Source: Escherichia coli (lineage in GTDB: Bacteria; Pseudomonadota; Gammaproteobacteria; Enterobacterales; Enterobacteriaceae). From it: a DNA stretch of 30,915 nucleotides. Positions 18,653-30,632 of the stretch are shown in pieces; within the stretch, counting starts at the first letter, position 1, and the number at the start of each line of letters is the position of its first letter. The notes under the pieces are model-generated. The model was not told the origin of the DNA, searched no databases, and saw nothing but the letters and a program-made list of their open reading frames with translations. The stretch lies in NCBI RefSeq assembly GCF_003334335.1, contig NZ_QOWQ01000048.1. One strand, 5' to 3'. The translations under genes were made by a program, and so were the position numbers.

Positions 18653-20125
18653 ATGTCATCGTTGCAAATTTTGCAAGGCACGTTTCGTCTTAGCGACACA
18701 AAAACGCTGCAATTGCCTCAGCTAACGTTAAACGCGGGTGATAGTTGGGCGTTTGTCGGTTCGAATGGAAGCGGGAAATCGGCCCTGGCCCGCGCGCTGG
18801 CGGGGGAACTTCCGCTTTTGAAAGGTGAACGGCAAAGCCAGTTTTCCCACATCACTCGTCTCTCCTTCGAGCAATTGCAAAAACTCGTCAGCGACGAATG
18901 GCAGCGGAATAACACCGATATGCTCGGCCCTGGCGAAGATGACACCGGACGCACTACGGCTGAGATCATTCAGGATGAAGTAAAGGATGCACCGCGTTGC
19001 ATGCAACTGGCGCAGCAGTTCGGTATTACCGCCCTCCTCGACCGACGCTTTAAATACCTTTCCACTGGCGAGACGCGAAAAACCCTGCTGTGTCAGGCGC
19101 TGATGTCGGAGCCTGACTTGTTGATTCTTGATGAGCCGTTCGATGGCCTGGATGTTGCCTCACGTCAGCAGCTGGCTGAGCGACTCGCCTCGTTACATCA
19201 GTCCGGTATTACTCTGGTACTGGTGCTCAATCGCTTCGATGAGATCCCGGAGTTTGTCCAGTTTGCTGGCGTGCTGGCGGATTGCACGTTAGCGGAAACT
19301 GGCGCTAAAGAGGAACTGCTCCAACAAGCACTCGTCGCGCAACTGGCGCATAGTGAACAGCTTGAAGGTGTGCAACTGCCGGAGCCGGATGAACCTTCAG
19401 CACGTCACGCCTTACCCGCCAACGAACCGCGCATTGTGCTGAACAATGGCGTGGTTTCTTATAACGATCGCCCCATTCTTAATAACCTTAGCTGGCAGGT
19501 GAATCCAGGCGAACACTGGCAAATTGTCGGGCCAAATGGTGCAGGAAAATCGACGTTATTAAGCCTGGTTACTGGCGATCATCCGCAAGGTTACAGCAAC
19601 GATTTGACGCTTTTCGGACGACGTCGCGGCAGCGGCGAAACCATCTGGGATATCAAAAAGCATATCGGTTACGTCAGCAGTAGTTTGCATCTGGATTACC
19701 GGGTCAGCACTACCGTGCGTAATGTGATTCTTTCTGGCTATTTTGATTCGATTGGCATTTATCAGGCCGTTTCGGATCGCCAGCAAAAACTGGTGCAGCA
19801 GTGGCTGGATATTCTCGGCATTGATAAACGCACGGCTGACGCTCCGTTCCATAGTCTTTCCTGGGGACAGCAGCGTCTGGCGCTGATTGTCCGCGCACTG
19901 GTGAAACATCCGACGTTGCTTATTCTCGATGAACCACTACAGGGGCTTGATCCGCTGAATCGCCAGCTTATCCGCCGTTTTGTTGATGTGCTGATTAGCG
20001 AAGGTGAAACGCAATTGTTGTTTGTTTCGCACCACGCTGAAGATGCGCCTGCCTGTATTACCCATCGTCTTGAGTTCGTGCCGGACGGTGGACTCTATCG
20101 CTATGTGCTGACAAAAATATATTGA
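18653..20125 (+). CDS. modF: ABC-family ATPase with two nucleotide-binding domains
   Basis: Two Walker A motifs (GSNGSGKS, GPNGAGKS). Start taken at MSSLQ... rather than the ORF-track ATG at 18641. Confidence 0.9.
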   Translation: MSSLQILQGTFRLSDTKTLQLPQLTLNAGDSWAFVGSNGSGKSALARALAGELPLLKGERQSQFSHITRLSFEQLQKLVSDEWQRNNTDMLGPGEDDTGRTTAEIIQDEVKDAPRCMQLAQQFGITALLDRRFKYLSTGETRKTLLCQALMSEPDLLILDEPFDGLDVASRQQLAERLASLHQSGITLVLVLNRFDEIPEFVQFAGVLADCTLAETGAKEELLQQALVAQLAHSEQLEGVQLPEPDEPSARHALPANEPRIVLNNGVVSYNDRPILNNLSWQVNPGEHWQIVGPNGAGKSTLLSLVTGDHPQGYSNDLTLFGRRRGSGETIWDIKKHIGYVSSSLHLDYRVSTTVRNVILSGYFDSIGIYQAVSDRQQKLVQQWLDILGIDKRTADAPFHSLSWGQQRLALIVRALVKHPTLLILDEPLQGLDPLNRQLIRRFVDVLISEGETQLLFVSHHAEDAPACITHRLEFVPDGGLYRYVLTKIY

Positions 20126-20143
20126 GTCGGTAGTGCTGACCTT

Positions 20144-20222
20144 GCCGGAGGCGGCCTTAGCGCCCTCTCCGGCCAACGGTTCGACGCATGCAGGCATGAA
20201 ACCGCGTCTTTTTTCAGATAAA
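20144..20222. repeat. REP-like palindrome plus terminator-like hairpin/T-run downstream of modF
   Basis: GCCGGAGGCGGCCTTAGCGCCCTCTCCGGCC, then GACGC...GCGTC followed by TTTTTT. Confidence 0.45.
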
Positions 20223-20291
20223 AAGCGCAATCATTCATAAACCCTCTGTTTTATAATCACTTAATCGCGCATAAAAAACGGCTAAATTCTT

Positions 20292-20307
20292 GTGTAAACG
20301 ATTCCAC
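20292..20307. promoter_or_regulatory. gal external operator OE (GalR/GalS site)
   Basis: GTGTAAACGATTCCAC, upstream of the galP1/P2 -10 elements (tatgctatggtt). Confidence 0.8.
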
Positions 20308-20385
20308 TAATTTATTCCATGTCACACTTTTCGCATCTTTGTTATGCTATGGTTATTTCATACCATAAGCCTAATGGAGCGAATT

Positions 20386-21402
20386 ATGAGAGTTCTGGTT
20401 ACCGGTGGTAGCGGTTACATTGGAAGTCATACCTGTGTGCAATTACTGCAAAACGGTCATGATGTCATCATTCTTGATAACCTCTGTAACAGTAAGCGCA
20501 GCGTACTGCCTGTTATCGAGCGTTTAGGCGGCAAACATCCAACGTTTGTTGAAGGCGATATTCGTAACGAAGCGTTGATGACCGAGATCCTGCACGATCA
20601 CGCTATCGACACCGTGATCCACTTCGCCGGGCTGAAAGCCGTGGGCGAATCGGTACAAAAACCGCTGGAATATTACGACAACAATGTCAACGGCACTCTG
20701 CGCCTGATTAGCGCCATGCGCGCCGCTAACGTCAAAAACTTTATTTTTAGCTCCTCCGCCACCGTTTATGGCGATCAGCCCAAAATTCCATACGTTGAAA
20801 GCTTCCCGACCGGCACACCGCAAAGCCCTTACGGCAAAAGCAAGCTGATGGTGGAACAGATCCTCACCGATCTGCAAAAAGCCCAGCCGGACTGGAGCAT
20901 TGCCCTGCTGCGCTACTTCAACCCGGTTGGCGCGCATCCGTCGGGCGATATGGGCGAAGATCCGCAAGGCATTCCGAATAACCTGATGCCATACATCGCC
21001 CAGGTTGCTGTAGGCCGTCGCGACTCGCTGGCGATTTTTGGTAACGATTATCCGACCGAAGATGGTACTGGCGTACGCGATTACATCCACGTAATGGATC
21101 TGGCGGACGGTCACGTCGTGGCGATGGAAAAACTGGCGAACAAGCCAGGCGTACACATCTACAACCTCGGCGCTGGCGTAGGCAACAGCGTGCTGGACGT
21201 GGTTAATGCCTTCAGCAAAGCCTGCGGCAAACCGGTTAATTATCATTTTGCACCGCGTCGCGAGGGCGACCTTCCGGCCTACTGGGCGGACGCCAGCAAA
21301 GCCGACCGTGAACTGAACTGGCGCGTAACGCGCACACTCGATGAAATGGCGCAGGACACCTGGCACTGGCAGTCACGCCATCCACAGGGATATCCCGATT
21401 AA
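20386..21402 (+). CDS. galE: UDP-glucose 4-epimerase
   Basis: MRVLVTGGSGYIGSH..., 338 aa. The ORF-track start at 20344 is an upstream extension into the promoter. Confidence 0.97.
   Translation: MRVLVTGGSGYIGSHTCVQLLQNGHDVIILDNLCNSKRSVLPVIERLGGKHPTFVEGDIRNEALMTEILHDHAIDTVIHFAGLKAVGESVQKPLEYYDNNVNGTLRLISAMRAANVKNFIFSSSATVYGDQPKIPYVESFPTGTPQSPYGKSKLMVEQILTDLQKAQPDWSIALLRYFNPVGAHPSGDMGEDPQGIPNNLMPYIAQVAVGRRDSLAIFGNDYPTEDGTGVRDYIHVMDLADGHVVAMEKLANKPGVHIYNLGAGVGNSVLDVVNAFSKACGKPVNYHFAPRREGDLPAYWADASKADRELNWRVTRTLDEMAQDTWHWQSRHPQGYPD
20405..20420. promoter_or_regulatory. gal internal operator OI
   Basis: GTGGTAGCGGTTACAT, lying inside the 5' end of galE. Confidence 0.8.
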
Positions 21403-21411
21403 GGAACGACC

Positions 21412-22458
21412 ATGACGCAATTTAATCCCGTTGATCATCCACATCGCCGCTACAACCCGCTCACCGGGCAATGGATTCTGGTTTCACCGCACCGCGCTAA
21501 GCGCCCCTGGCAGGGGGCGCAGGAAACGCCAGCCAAACAGGTGTTACCTGCGCACGATCCAGATTGCTTCCTCTGCGCAGGTAATGTGCGGGTGACAGGC
21601 GATAAAAACCCCGATTACACCGGGACTTACGTTTTCACTAATGACTTTGCGGCTTTGATGTCTGACACGCCAGATGCGCCAGAAAGTCACGATCCGCTGA
21701 TGCGTTGCCAGAGCGCGCGCGGCACCAGCCGGGTGATCTGCTTTTCACCGGATCACAGTAAAACGCTGCCAGAGCTCAGCGTTGCAGCATTGACGGAAAT
21801 CGTCAAAACCTGGCAGGAGCAAACCGCAGAACTGGGGAAAACGTACCCATGGGTGCAGGTTTTTGAAAACAAAGGCGCGGCGATGGGCTGCTCTAACCCG
21901 CATCCGCACGGTCAGATTTGGGCAAATAGCTTCCTGCCTAACGAAGCTGAGCGCGAAGACCGCCTGCAAAAAGAATATTTTGCCGAACAGAAATCACCAA
22001 TGCTGGTGGATTATGTTCAGCGCGAGCTGGCAGACGGTAGCCGTACCGTTGTCGAAACCGAACACTGGTTAGCCGTCGTGCCTTACTGGGCTGCCTGGCC
22101 GTTCGAAACGCTACTGCTGCCCAAAGCCCACGTTTTACGGATCACCGATTTGACCGACGCCCAGCGCAGCGATCTGGCGCTGGCGTTGAAAAAGCTGACC
22201 AGTCGTTATGACAACCTCTTCCAGTGCTCCTTCCCCTACTCTATGGGCTGGCACGGCGCGCCATTTAATGGCGAAGAGAATCAACACTGGCAGCTGCACG
22301 CGCACTTTTATCCGCCTCTGCTGCGCTCCGCCACCGTACGTAAATTTATGGTTGGTTATGAAATGCTGGCAGAGACCCAGCGAGACCTGACCGCAGAACA
22401 GGCAGCAGAGCGTTTGCGCGCAGTCAGCGATATCCATTTTCGCGAATCCGGAGTGTAA
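21412..22458 (+). CDS. galT: Galactose-1-phosphate uridylyltransferase
   Basis: A 348-aa product with the HPH motif. Confidence 0.97.
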
Positions 22459-22461
22459 GAA

Positions 22462-23610
22462 ATGAGTCTGAAAGAAAAAACACAATCTCTGTTTGCCAAC
22501 GCATTTGGCTACCCTGCCACTCACACCATTCAGGCGCCTGGCCGCGTGAATTTGATTGGTGAACACACCGACTACAACGACGGTTTCGTTCTGCCCTGCG
22601 CGATTGATTATCAAACCGTGATCAGTTGTGCACCACGCGATGACCGTAAAGTTCGCGTGATGGCAGCCGATTATGAAAATCAGCTCGACGAGTTTTCCCT
22701 CGATGCGCCCATTGTCGCACATGAAAACTATCAATGGGCTAACTACGTTCGTGGCGTGGTGAAACATCTGCAACTGCGTAACAACAGCTTCGGCGGCGTG
22801 GACATGGTGATCAGCGGCAATGTGCCGCAGGGTGCCGGGTTAAGTTCTTCCGCTTCACTGGAAGTCGCGGTCGGAACCGTATTGCAGCAGCTTTATCATC
22901 TGCCGCTGGACGGCGCACAAATCGCGCTTAACGGTCAGGAAGCAGAAAACCAGTTTGTAGGCTGTAACTGCGGGATCATGGATCAGCTAATTTCCGCGCT
23001 CGGCAAGAAAGATCATGCCTTGCTGATCGATTGCCGCTCACTGGGGACCAAAGCAGTTTCCATGCCCAAAGGTGTGGCTGTCGTCATCATCAACAGTAAC
23101 TTCAAACGTACCCTGGTTGGCAGCGAATACAACACCCGTCGTGAACAGTGCGAAACCGGTGCGCGTTTCTTCCAGCAGCCAGCCCTGCGTGATGTCACCA
23201 TTGAAGAGTTCAACGCTGTTGCGCATGAACTGGACCCGATCGTGGCAAAACGCGTGCGTCATATACTGACTGAAAACGCCCGCACCGTTGAAGCTGCCAG
23301 CGCGCTGGAGCAAGGCGACCTGAAACGTATGGGCGAGTTGATGGCGGAGTCTCATGCCTCTATGCGCGATGATTTCGAAATCACCGTGCCGCAAATTGAC
23401 ACTCTGGTAGAAATCGTCAAAGCTGTGATTGGCGACAAAGGTGGCGTACGCATGACCGGCGGCGGATTTGGCGGCTGTATCGTCGCGCTGATCCCGGAAG
23501 AGCTGGTGCCTGCCGTACAGCAAGCTGTCGCTGAACAATATGAAGCAAAAACAGGTATTAAAGAGACTTTTTACGTTTGTAAACCATCACAAGGAGCAGG
23601 ACAGTGCTGA
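22462..23610 (+). CDS. galK: Galactokinase
   Basis: A 382-aa GHMP kinase. Confidence 0.97.
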
Positions 23611-24644
23611 ACGAAACTCCCGCACTGGCACCCGATGGTCAGCCGTACCGACTGTTAACTTTGCGTAACAACGCAGGGATGGTAGTCACGCTGATGGACT
23701 GGGGTGCGACTTTACTTTCCGCCCGTATTCCGCTTTCCGATGGCAGCGTCCGCGAGGCGCTGCTCGGCTGTGCCAGCCCGGAATGCTATCAGGATCAGGC
23801 CGCGTTTCTGGGGGCCTCTATTGGTCGTTATGCCAACCGTATCGCCAATAGCCGTTATACCTTTGACGGTGAAACCGTGACGCTTTCGCCAAGTCAGGGC
23901 GTTAACCAGCTGCACGGCGGGCCGGAAGGGTTCGACAAACGTCGCTGGCAGATTGTGAACCAGAACGATCGTCAGGTGCTGTTTGCCCTGAGTTCAGATG
24001 ATGGTGATCAGGGCTTCCCGGGTAATCTCGGCGCGACGGTGCAATATCGTCTGACCGACGATAACCGTATCTCCATTACTTATCGCGCCACAGTTGATAA
24101 ACCTTGCCCGGTGAATATGACTAATCACGTCTATTTCAATCTTGACGGCGAGCAGTCTGACGTGCGCAATCACAAGTTGCAGATTCTGGCGGACGAATAT
24201 CTGCCGGTTGATGAAGGCGGCATTCCGCACGACGGCCTGAAATCTGTCGCCGGAACGTCTTTTGATTTCCGCAGCGCCAAAATCATCGCCAGTGAGTTTC
24301 TTGCCGACGACGATCAGCGCAAAGTGAAAGGTTACGATCACGCATTCTTGTTACAGGCCAAAGGCGATGGCAAGAAAGTGGCGGCGCATGTCTGGTCAGC
24401 AGATGAAAAATTGCAGCTGAAGGTCTACACCACCGCTCCGGCTCTGCAATTCTACTCCGGCAACTTCCTCGGCGGCACACCGTCGCGGGGAACCGAACCT
24501 TACGCCGACTGGCAAGGGCTGGCTCTGGAAAGCGAGTTTCTACCGGACAGCCCGAACCACCCTGAATGGCCGCAACCGGACTGCTTCCTGCGTCCTGGCG
24601 AAGAGTATTCCAGCCTGACGGAATATCAGTTTATTGCTGAGTAA
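23604..24644 (+). CDS. galM: Aldose 1-epimerase (galactose mutarotase)
   Basis: A 346-aa product that overlaps the galK 3' end by 7 nt. Confidence 0.97.
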
Positions 24645-24650
24645 TGTTAC

Positions 24651-24675
24651 GCCCTCGTCATGAGGGCTTTATCTC
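24651..24675 (+). terminator. gal operon intrinsic terminator
   Basis: GCCCTC-gtcat-GAGGGC followed by TTTATCTC. Confidence 0.6.
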
Positions 24676-24801
24676 ATATTGTTCAAATCACCAGCAAACA
24701 CCGACATATTTGCAACTCAATATTCACAACAACCTTACACTGCGCCACTATTTTCGCTATGGTTATGCGTAAGCATTGCTGTTGCTTCGTCGCGGCAATA
24801 T

Positions 24802-24820
24802 AATGAGAATTATTATCATT
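24802..24820. promoter_or_regulatory. Probable Fur box in the gpmA promoter
   Basis: AATGAGAATTATTATCATT resembles the GATAATGATAATCATTATC consensus and lies about 25 bp upstream of the gpmA ATG. Confidence 0.5.
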
Positions 24821-24845
24821 AAAAGATGATTTGAGGAGTAAGTAT

Positions 24846-25598
24846 ATGGCTGTAACTAAGCTGGTTCTGGTTCGTCATGGCGAAAGTCAGTGGAACAAAG
24901 AAAACCGTTTCACCGGTTGGTACGACGTGGATCTGTCTGAGAAAGGCGTAAGCGAAGCAAAAGCAGCAGGTAAGCTGCTGAAAGAGGAAGGTTACAGCTT
25001 TGACTTTGCTTACACTTCTGTGCTGAAACGCGCTATCCATACCCTGTGGAATGTGCTGGACGAACTGGATCAGGCATGGCTGCCCGTTGAGAAATCCTGG
25101 AAACTGAACGAACGTCACTACGGTGCGTTGCAGGGTCTGAACAAAGCGGAAACTGCTGAAAAGTATGGCGACGAGCAGGTGAAACAGTGGCGTCGTGGTT
25201 TTGCAGTGACTCCGCCGGAACTGACTAAAGATGATGAGCGTTATCCGGGTCACGATCCGCGTTACGCGAAACTGAGCGAGAAAGAACTGCCGCTGACGGA
25301 AAGCCTGGCGCTGACCATTGACCGCGTGATCCCTTACTGGAATGAAACTATTCTGCCGCGTATGAAGAGCGGTGAGCGCGTGATCATCGCTGCACACGGT
25401 AACTCTTTACGTGCGCTGGTGAAATATCTTGATAACATGAGCGAAGAAGAGATTCTTGAGCTTAATATCCCGACTGGCGTGCCGCTGGTGTATGAGTTCG
25501 ACGAGAATTTCAAACCGCTGAAACGCTATTATCTGGGTAATGCTGACGAGATCGCAGCGAAAGCAGCGGCGGTTGCAAACCAGGGTAAAGCGAAGTAA
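24846..25598 (+). CDS. gpmA: 2,3-bisphosphoglycerate-dependent phosphoglycerate mutase
   Basis: [17 protein letters not shown]..., 250 aa, with the RHG catalytic motif. Confidence 0.95.
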
Positions 25599-25620
25599 AC
25601 GTCATTCGTTTAAAATGAGA

Positions 25621-25651
25621 AAGCCGACTGCAAGTGAGTCGGCTTTTTTGT
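25621..25651 (+). terminator. gpmA intrinsic terminator
   Basis: AAGCCGACT-gcaagtg-AGTCGGCTT followed by TTTTTG. Confidence 0.65.
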
Positions 25652-25669
25652 TGCTAACAATGGAGCACA

Positions 25670-25750
25670 TTGCCTGATGCGACGCTGCGCGACTTATCAG
25701 GCCTGTGGTGATTCATCGGATACGCCACTCTGACGGCGCATCCGACAATT
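25670..25750. repeat. REP palindromic units
   Basis: TGCCTGATGCGACGCTGCGCGACTTATCAGGCCT and a second REP-like unit, between the convergent genes gpmA and aroG. Confidence 0.75.
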
Positions 25751-25755
25751 AAACC

Positions 25756-26808
25756 TTACCCGCGACGCGCTTTTACTGCATTCGCCAGTTGACGTAACAG
25801 AGCATCGGTATCTTCCCAGCCGATGCAGGCATCGGTGATGCTCTTACCGTAGGCCAGCGGCTCCCCGCTCTCGAGGCTCTGATTGCCTTCCACCAGATGG
25901 CTTTCCACCATCACGCCAATAATGGCCTTTTCGCCACCGGCAATCTGCTGGCAAACGTCAGCACAAACATCCATCTGCTTTTTGAATTGTTTGGACGAGT
26001 TAGCATGGCTGAAATCGATCATCACCTGTGCTGGCAGGCCTGCTTTGTTCAGCCCTTCTTTCACTTCAGCAACGTGCTTCGCGCTGTAGTTAGGCTCTTT
26101 ACCGCCGCGCAGAATGATATGGCAATCGCCGTTACCGCTGGTATTCACAATCGCCGAATGCCCCCATTTCGTTACGGACAGGAAGCAGTGCGGCGCACCG
26201 GCGGCATTAATGGCATCGATAGCCACTTTAATCGTACCGTCGGTGCCATTTTTGAAGCCGACCGGACAAGAAAGCCCTGATGCCAGTTCGCGGTGCACCT
26301 GCGATTCGGTGGTACGTGCGCCAATTGCGCCCCAGCTCATCAGGTCAGCGAGATATTGTGGGGTGATCATATCGAGAAACTCACCTGCCGCTGGCAGACC
26401 GCTGTCGTTAATATCAAGCAGCAATTTACGGGCTATACGCAGACCGTCGTTGATCTGGAAGCTATTATCCATATGCGGATCGTTAATCAGCCCTTTCCAG
26501 CCCACCGTGGTACGCGGCTTTTCAAAATAGACGCGCATTACGATTTCCAGCTCATCTTTCAGCTCTTCACGCAGCGCCAGCAAGCGAGTGGCATACTCTT
26601 TTGCCGCGACAGGATCATGAATTGAGCATGGGCCAATCACAACCAACAGGCGATCATCATTACCTTTCAGGATCTTATGGATCGCTTTTCGGACATGGGC
26701 AACCGTATTCGCGGCATTTTCAGTAGCGGGGAATTTTTCCAGCAATGCGACAGGAGGAAGTAACTCTTTGATTTCTTTGATGCGTAAATCGTCGTTCTGA
26801 TAATTCAT
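25756..26808 (-). CDS. aroG: Phe-sensitive DAHP synthase
   Basis: A 350-aa product matching AroG. Confidence 0.95.
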   Translation of the reverse strand: MNYQNDDLRIKEIKELLPPVALLEKFPATENAANTVAHVRKAIHKILKGNDDRLLVVIGPCSIHDPVAAKEYATRLLALREELKDELEIVMRVYFEKPRTTVGWKGLINDPHMDNSFQINDGLRIARKLLLDINDSGLPAAGEFLDMITPQYLADLMSWGAIGARTTESQVHRELASGLSCPVGFKNGTDGTIKVAIDAINAAGAPHCFLSVTKWGHSAIVNTSGNGDCHIILRGGKEPNYSAKHVAEVKEGLNKAGLPAQVMIDFSHANSSKQFKKQMDVCADVCQQIAGGEKAIIGVMVESHLVEGNQSLESGEPLAYGKSITDACIGWEDTDALLRQLANAVKARRG

Positions 26809-26878
26809 GTCTGTTCCAGTGTTGCCATACTTATCTTAGTGAATGCAATACTTCCAATCTATATCTTCCGTCAGAATG

Positions 26879-26896
26879 TGTAAACGGGGTTTTACA
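26879..26896. promoter_or_regulatory. TyrR box in the aroG promoter
   Basis: TGTAAA-cggggt-TTTACA, about 70 bp upstream of the aroG start. Confidence 0.7.
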
Positions 26897-27123
26897 CTAT
26901 GAACGGATTAATCCTGGAATTAGCAAGAAAAACGCCAGATTGTCGCGAAAAACGAGATCTCTCCTACAATTTCTAACTGTAACTCCTTTGTTTGTTAATT
27001 ATTTCAAGATTCTCTGCTGCGTTTCATAACCTGGCTGAAATCTTAAACCAATGCCTTATATTCACCTGCAAATGCACTGTTGGAAGAGGTTATCCGACAT
27101 AACGACCATAACAGGAGCATCCT

Positions 27124-27504
27124 ATGAAAATGACAAAACTGGCCACATTATTTCTGACTGCCACTCTAAGCCTTGCCAGCGGTGCCGCACTGGCTGCCGA
27201 TAGCGGAGCGCAAACTAATAACGGCCAGGCAAACGCCGCAGCTGATGCGGGCCAGGTAGCCCCTGACGCCCGTGAAAATGTCGCGCCAAATAACGTCGAC
27301 AATAACGGGGTAAATACCGGTTCTGGCGGCACAATGCTGCATTCGGATGGTTCTTCAATGAACAATGACGGAATGACCAAAGATGAAGAGCACAAGAACA
27401 CCATGTGCAAAGATGGTCGCTGTCCGGATATCAATAAAAAGGTACAAACCGGTGATGGCATCAATAATGATGTCGATACCAAAACCGACGGTACCACGCA
27501 GTAA
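27124..27504 (+). CDS. ybgS: Small secreted protein
   Basis: A 126-aa product with a signal peptide and a low-complexity Asn/Gly/Ala-rich body. Confidence 0.85.
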
Positions 27505-27525
27505 CCCTGCAAAATAGCCAATAAT

Positions 27526-27555
27526 GGGAGAGCGGAGTCTCTCCCTTTTAATTTT
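27526..27555 (+). terminator. ybgS intrinsic terminator
   Basis: GGGAGAG-cggagt-CTCTCCC followed by TTTTAATTTTT. Confidence 0.6.
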
Positions 27556-27617
27556 TCACTTCTAAAAGCAGTATGATGTCATAAAGTTAAGTGAGAATAA
27601 TTAAGAGATGACTCGTC

Positions 27618-28559
27618 ATGGCGCACTCACACTCACACACGTCCTCACACCTGCCAGAAGATAATAATGCTCGTCGCTTGTTGTATGCTTTCGGCGTGAC
27701 TGCCGGGTTTATGCTGGTAGAAGTCGTTGGTGGTTTTCTTTCTGGTTCTCTGGCATTGCTGGCCGATGCGGGTCATATGTTGACCGATACTGCCGCCCTG
27801 CTTTTCGCCCTACTCGCCGTGCAATTTTCACGTCGTCCTCCCACCATTCGCCACACTTTCGGTTGGCTAAGACTGACCACGCTCGCGGCGTTTGTGAATG
27901 CCATAGCCCTCGTGGTAATTACCATTTTGATTGTCTGGGAGGCGATAGAACGCTTCCGCACGCCGCGTCCGGTCGAGGGCGGCATGATGATGGCAATTGC
28001 CGTGGCTGGGTTGCTGGCAAATATACTTTCTTTCTGGTTACTTCATCACGGCAGCGAAGAGAAAAACCTCAACGTACGAGCAGCGGCACTGCATGTGCTC
28101 GGGGACCTGCTGGGTTCGGTTGGGGCTATTATTGCCGCGTTGATTATTATCTGGACTGGCTGGACACCTGCTGACCCCATTCTCTCGATACTGGTGTCGC
28201 TTCTGGTTCTGCGTAGCGCGTGGCGACTGTTGAAAGATAGCGTGAATGAATTACTTGAAGGTGCACCGGTATCGCTGGATATCGCTGAACTGAAGCGTCG
28301 TATGTGCCGGGAAATCCCGGAAGTCCGCAATGTGCACCATGTACATGTATGGATGGTAGGCGAGAAGCCGGTGATGACGTTGCATGTGCAGGTGATCCCG
28401 CCACACGATCACGATGCCTTGTTGGATCAGATCCAACACTACCTGATGGATCACTATCAGATTGAGCACGCCACCATTCAGATGGAATATCAACCTTGTC
28501 ATGGGCCAGACTGCCACCTGAATGAAGGGGTGTCTGGCCATTCACATCATCACCATTAA
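27618..28559 (+). CDS. zitB: Cation-diffusion-facilitator zinc efflux transporter
   Basis: A 313-aa product with a His-rich N-terminus and C-terminus. Confidence 0.95.
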
Positions 28560-29275
28560 TGGGACAGCGCGCGTGAGCCTCTTTCACGTGCGCTGTTGAT
28601 CCACATCCGGCTGCCGTTGAGCGCAATAAAGGTCAGGATGATGTACTCCAGAGACATGGCGTAAACGCCCTGAAGTGCAAAAATAACGACGCTAATCACG
28701 TTAATAATCACCCACAACAGCCAGTTTTCCACATACTTACGCGTCATCAGAATCATTGCCACGATAGATAACACCATCATGCATGAATCCCAGAACGGGA
28801 AAGCGTCCGGTTGCAGTTCAGGCATCACAACCTGTAATCCTAATGCTTGCATGATCATGACTGCCACGCGGGTCAAAAATGCAAACACCGGATTGATAAA
28901 TACCGTCATCAGACCAATCGAAACAACGCAAACCGCCAACCAGCTGAGTGCCTTCGGCAATGGCAACCAGCGAATTTTCAACTCCGCCTCGTTCTGACTG
29001 GTTTGTCGCGACCACGCATACCAACCGTAAATATTCGCGGCAAAGAAAAACACCTGTAATAGCAGGCTGGCATACAGCTGAATCTGAAAGAAAATAATGC
29101 CAAACAAGGTGACGTTGATCAGGCCAAAGAAGTAGTTGCTGATCTTCTCCAGACTGGCAAGGCCAATACACAGCAACCCGGCGATCGTGCCTACCGCTTC
29201 GATCCATGAGAGATCATAACCGCCTGCCCCTATTGGTATATGTACCAGGATATTCTGCACACTAAAAAAATCCAT
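28556..29275 (-). CDS. pnuC: Nicotinamide riboside transporter
   Basis: A 239-aa membrane protein; its stop overlaps the zitB stop (shared TTAA). Confidence 0.95.
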   Translation of the reverse strand: MDFFSVQNILVHIPIGAGGYDLSWIEAVGTIAGLLCIGLASLEKISNYFFGLINVTLFGIIFFQIQLYASLLLQVFFFAANIYGWYAWSRQTSQNEAELKIRWLPLPKALSWLAVCVVSIGLMTVFINPVFAFLTRVAVMIMQALGLQVVMPELQPDAFPFWDSCMMVLSIVAMILMTRKYVENWLLWVIINVISVVIFALQGVYAMSLEYIILTFIALNGSRMWINSARERGSRALSH

Positions 29276-29312
29276 CTTTCCCCCAAAGCGTAACGTTACG
29301 CCTTATTATTCG

Positions 29313-30356
29313 TTATCCACGTAGTGTAGCCGCAAAATCCAGCATACGATTGAGCGGCACCAGCGCCCTCTCTCGCAGCCTTTCATCAACATGAACCTCG
29401 TGATTGCTTCCTTCCTGTTCTAATGCCTCTGCGATGGCCTGAAGGCCATTCATGGCCATCCACGGACAATGCGCGCAGCTGCGGCAGGTTGCACCCTCAC
29501 CTGCGGTTGGTGCTTCCAGTAACTCTTTATCTGGCACCGCCTGCTGCATTTTGTAGAAAATACCCCGATCGGTTGCCACAATAAGCCTCTGATGTGGCAA
29601 TGTTTTCGCAGCAGCGATCAGTTGACTGGTGGAACCGACCGCATCCGCCATATCGACAATAGCTTGTGGTGATTCTGGATGCACCAGTATGGCAGCATCC
29701 GGGTATTCTTCTTGCAAGCGGGTTAACGCCTGAGTCTTAAATTCATCATGCACAATACAGGCACCCTGCCAGCATAGAATGTCTCCACCCGTCTGTTTTT
29801 GCACGTAACGCCCCAGATGTTTGTCGGGTGCCCAGATGATTTTTTCACCCAAACTATCAAGATGATCAATAAGTTCGACGGCAATGCTTGAAGTTACCAC
29901 CCAATCTGCGCGCGCTTTTACCGCAGCAGAAGTGTTGGCGTAGACGACGACAGTACGATCGGGATGGGCATCGCAAAATGCGTTAAATTCTTCAACAGGG
30001 CAGCCGAGATCCAGTGAACATTCAGCCTGAAGTGTCGGCATCAGAATTGTTTTTTCCGGACTGAGAATTTTGGCGGTTTCTCCCATAAATCTCACCCCAG
30101 CGACTAACAAAGTAGAAGCGGGATGCTTTGCACCGAAGCGCGCCATTTCCAGAGAATCAGAAATACAGCCACCGGTTTCTTCTGCCAGTTGTTGAATTTC
30201 GGGATCGGTATAGTAGTGGGCAACCATCACCGCATTACGTTCTTTTAGCAGACGTTTTATCTTCTCGCGGTAATACGCTTTTTCATCAATGCTTAACGGC
30301 GTCGGCTTCGGGGGGAAAGGATAAATCGCCGTGTCTGGATCAAACATTACGCTCAT
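29313..30356 (-). CDS. nadA: Quinolinate synthase
   Basis: A 347-aa product matching NadA. Confidence 0.95.
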
Positions 30357-30428
30357 CTTACCATCTCGTTTTACAGGCTTAACGTTAAAACCGACATTAG
30401 CGTAATATTCGCTGTTATCGGTGTAATT

Positions 30429-30446
30429 TGTTTTATATGCTAAACA
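30429..30446. promoter_or_regulatory. Probable NadR operator half-site palindrome in the nadA promoter
   Basis: TGTTTTATATGCTAAACA, a TGTTTA/TAAACA inverted repeat. Confidence 0.5.
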
Positions 30447-30601
30447 AGATAGTCGAATGGTGGGGAAAAGTCACTCGAATTACGCCTAATGTGCAGGATG
30501 CGTCATTTTACGCCTAATTCCACCGACATAGAGTTGCTTGCACAGTAAGCTCTGACGATGTCATCAGGTTTACAAAGTGAAATTGAGGATGCCTGAATAG
30601 C

Positions 30602-30630
30602 AAAAAAGCGCCTTTAGGGCGCTTTTTTAC
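30602..30630 (-). terminator. Terminator hairpin at the end of the tRNA operon; bidirectional-looking
   Basis: AAAAAAGCGCC-ttta-GGGCGCTTTTTT. Confidence 0.6.
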
Positions 30631-30632
30631 AT

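Noticed and set aside
20524-21366. 280-aa minus-strand ORF antisense to galE
   Set aside because: Shadow ORF within galE; no RBS and no support.
22135-23538. Minus-strand ORFs of 212 and 166 aa antisense to galT and galK
   Set aside because: Shadow ORFs opposite high-confidence gal genes.
24819-25397. 192-aa minus-strand ORF antisense to gpmA
   Set aside because: Shadow ORF.
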